A stretch of DNA of 64,000 bases, taken from positions 23,188,001 to 23,252,000 of the forward strand of contig NC_135890.1 of the NCBI RefSeq assembly GCF_964194155.1. Direction: 5' to 3'. A model generated the notes under the pieces. That model saw only the letters and a list, made by a program, of their open reading frames with translations, was not told the DNA's origin and did no database searches. Position 1 is the stretch's first letter; each line of letters opens with the position of its first letter. Origin of the DNA: Cetorhinus maximus (Eukaryota). Shown one piece after another: positions 62,101 to 64,000 of this stretch. Both the position numbers and the translations under genes were made by a program.

Positions 62101-63992
62101 TTTTCTATCTGCCCATGAACTGAAATGCAGAGTAAGGTCATTCCCCAGGCCACTGTTCCGGCACACTCCTAGGACAGGTACAGCATGGGTTGGAGACAGA
62201 ATAAAGCTCCCTCTACATTGTCCCGTCACACTGCCAGCACAGGTAGAGAGAAGGTTAGAGACAGAGGAATTCTGTCAGTCTGATACTGCACGAGTGGCTG
62301 ATGTAAGCAATCCTCTTGATGGGGAGAACAATCTTTTGAAATCTTCTACCCTGGTTTCTGTTAATTGCAACGTAAGATATGCATCAGACCACCCAACATG
62401 GGGAATGTATGGAGACCAGTCACACAGCCTGCATTTTCTTGGTTAGAGAGGAATTCCAGGCACTCCTGGGGGCCCCACTGAGTGTGCTGGGCCTGCAGAT
62501 AGGTGTGGCACTGTTTTATAACCGACAGTGAGTACAACATACTGTACAAGCACGTGCTAGAATTAATACTCCAGATACATCCTGCTGAATAAGCAGCTGC
62601 TCTGTACAATTGGTGTGTGATTCTGAGCCTGAATAATGACAGTTACAATGAGTGACCCTTACCCTGAATAAACAGCGACTCTACAGTTACACAGTGACTG
62701 ATCCTTACCCTGAATAAACAATGACTCGATACAGTTACAATGAGTGACCCTTACCCTAAATAAACAGTGACTCTATACAGTTACACAGTGACTGATCCTT
62801 ACTCTGAATAAACAATGACTCGATACAGTTACAATGAGTGACCCTTACCCTGAATAAACAGCGACTCTACAGTTACACAGTGACTGATCCTTACTCTGAA
62901 TAAACAATGACTCGATACAGTTACAATGAGTGACCCTTACCCTAAATAAACAGTGACTCTATACAGTTACTGTTTATTCAGGGTGAGGGTCACTCACTGT
63001 GTAACTGTGTAGAGTCACTGTTTATTCAGGATGAGGGTCACTCACTGTGTGACTCTATACAGTTACACAGCGAGTGACCCTTACCCTGAATAAACAGTGA
63101 CTCTGTACAGTTACACAGTGAGTGACCCTTACACTGAATAAACAGTGACTCTACAGTTACACAGTGAGTGATCCTTATCCTGCTGAATAAACAGTGACTC
63201 TGTACAGTTACACAGTGAGTGACCCTTACCCTGCTGAATAAACAGTGACTCTGTACAGTTACGCAGTGGGTGACCCTTACCCTGAATAAACAGTGAGTGA
63301 CCCTTACCCTGAATAAACAGTGACTCTTTACAGTTACACAGTGAGTGACCCTTACCCTGAATAAACAGTGACTCTTTACAGTTGCACAGTGAGTGACCCT
63401 TACCCTGAATAAACAGTGACTCTTTACAGTTACACAGTGAGTGACCCTTACCCTGAATAAACAGTGACTCTTTTAGTTACACAGTGAGTGACCCTTACCC
63501 TGAATAAACAGTGACTCTTTACAGTTACACAGTGAGTGACCCTTACCCTGAATAAACAGTGACTCTTTAGTTACACAGTGAGTGACCCTTACCTTGAATA
63601 AACAGTGACTCTTTACAGTTACACAGTGAGTGACCCTTATCCTGCTGAACCATCCTACAAGCTGGGGTGATATGTGCTGTTCAATTTGTTAATTGAATTT
63701 TTATCCATCAGAATGAAGGCAATTTGCTGTCCCTTTCCCAGGTTCCCTACCTTTGCCGTATTCCTTGGCTGAGGAGCGATATTCCGATTTGGATGAGGGA
63801 CTTCAATTCAGTGAGGATGTCTCCCCACGTCCATTGCCCTTGTCTGACAGCCACTACCAGCAACAGCAGAGTGATGCTGAGGATTCCCTGCTGAGCCACA
63901 ATCTACCATCCAGAAGCCCAGGGCAACGTTTGGAAAGGCTGGAGGAGATGGTGACCTCACTCAGCACAATGCTGGACATGCTCAAAGCTCAG
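41073..63992 (+). CDS. kcp: Kielin/chordin-like protein, 5' part (4 coding exons; continues beyond window)
   Basis: Spliced product: signal peptide + VIDLLEALNITRSIKGV...PAWKFRNRVPHLTLPRDY...GYWQTAEISPSGFLRRPWHC...SLPLPYSL...RLERLEEMV...MLDMLKAQ. Closely matches recalled Xenopus Kielin. Phases are consistent and there are no stops. Confidence 0.93.
41620..42220 (-). mobile_element. Deu-domain SINE (SacSINE1/AmnSINE1-like) interrupted by a Penelope-like fragment
   Basis: Deu core (atagtgccattgggtcttttatgtccacctgag...aacgtctcatc...gtgcagtactccctcagta), B-box and tail. Confidence 0.85.
42980..47525. repeat. Degenerate ~44-bp minisatellite (acactggggtacagtactggtgggttcaggtctgtcactgtata)n, split by a LINE at 44243-46620
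   Basis: Units visible at 43000-44240 and 46625-47525. Confidence 0.85.
44243..46490 (-). mobile_element. LINE ORF2 fragment (RT), ~2.2 kb, followed by a SINE head at ~46497-46615
   Basis: EVRVTALDIKAAF, MFANDCTMF and YKAQVRSVMEYSPLAW motifs; poly-T end at 44243. Confidence 0.92.
48050..51700 (+). mobile_element. CR1 LINE (+) interrupted by an antisense CR1 (48200-49990)
   Basis: SGIPQESILGTLIFLKYINDL and KFANDTK on +, with its upstream part at 48050-48200. An opposite-strand CR1 3' half lies in between. Confidence 0.85.
56165..56585 (+). mobile_element. L2 LINE 3' fragment
   Basis: PVLAGLHWLLVYQRLDFKIAVLVFISLHG motif and tgaagtgccttgggat...aaggcactgtata tail. Confidence 0.75.
57111..57667 (+). 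CDS. kcp: kcp exon: TSPN/laminin-G-like domain
   Basis: Acceptor tttttccctgtag; donor acg|gtaatg; 557 nt, phase 1 to 0. Confidence 0.95.
58388..59548. repeat. 31-bp CpG-containing VNTR (ctctctttcccccctcccctgaagctgcggg)n
   Basis: About 36 near-identical units in a kcp intron. Confidence 0.96.
59960..60905 (+). mobile_element. Old CR1 LINE fragment
   Basis: gttagaccacattgggagtactg, ttggaaggaatgcagcatagattc and ttcttaggcaaagggtggtagatgagtggaactc blocks. Confidence 0.8.
60966..61038 (+). CDS. kcp: kcp exon: GYWQTAEISPSGFLRRPWHCDNLP
   Basis: Acceptor cttttcactttag; donor cag|gtgagg; 73 nt. Confidence 0.92.
61140..61417. repeat. ~28-bp G-rich VNTR (gggaggaggggagggggagagcgcgcgc)n
   Basis: About 10 units. 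Confidence 0.92.
61500..61895 (-). mobile_element. Near full-length tRNA-derived SINE
   Basis: Same family as 20198-20492; head and LINE-like tail both present. Confidence 0.85.
62620..63648. repeat. ~46-48-bp minisatellite (agttacacagtgagtgacccttaccctgaataaacagtgactctttac)n with an internal inversion
   Basis: About 21 units; 62969-63050 is the reverse complement of the unit. Confidence 0.95.
63742..63992 (+). CDS. kcp: kcp exon: linker and coiled coil (SLPLPYSL...DMLKAQ)
   Basis: Acceptor ccctttcccag; donor cag|gtaggt; 251 nt. Confidence 0.92.
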
Positions 63993-64000
63993 GTAGGTGA

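Noticed and set aside
62620-63648. Repeated CACAGTG as V(D)J recombination signal heptamers
   Set aside because: No ACAAAAACC-like nonamer at 12 or 23 bp, and no Ig/TCR segments nearby.

Overview
Eukaryotic, repeat-dense vertebrate DNA. The mix of Deu-type SINE, LF-SINE, CR1, Harbinger and Penelope-type repeats points to a cartilaginous fish (inference). Two genes lie head-to-head. On the minus strand is an EndoU-family (endouc-like) gene, with four coding exons recovered at 14.5-32.6 kb and an in-frame TGA in exon 3 (probable pseudogene). On the plus strand are the first four coding exons of kielin/chordin-like protein (kcp, 41.1-64 kb), including the N-terminal TSPN/LamG domain. The EndoU introns and left flank hold nested transposons: three degenerate Harbinger elements, LINEs, SINEs and several minisatellites. 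The most striking object is a ~4.2 kb Gypsy-type LTR element (17450-21629). Its interior is a chimera: gag N-terminus, captured UACA coiled coil, captured intronless TPR coiled coil, a basic NLS-like patch, then the pol C-terminal tail. All homology calls come from reading and translating the sequence by eye against remembered family sequences; none was checked by database search. Most long ORFs in the supplied track are artefacts of tandem repeats. There are two N gaps (38484-38683, 39946-40138).
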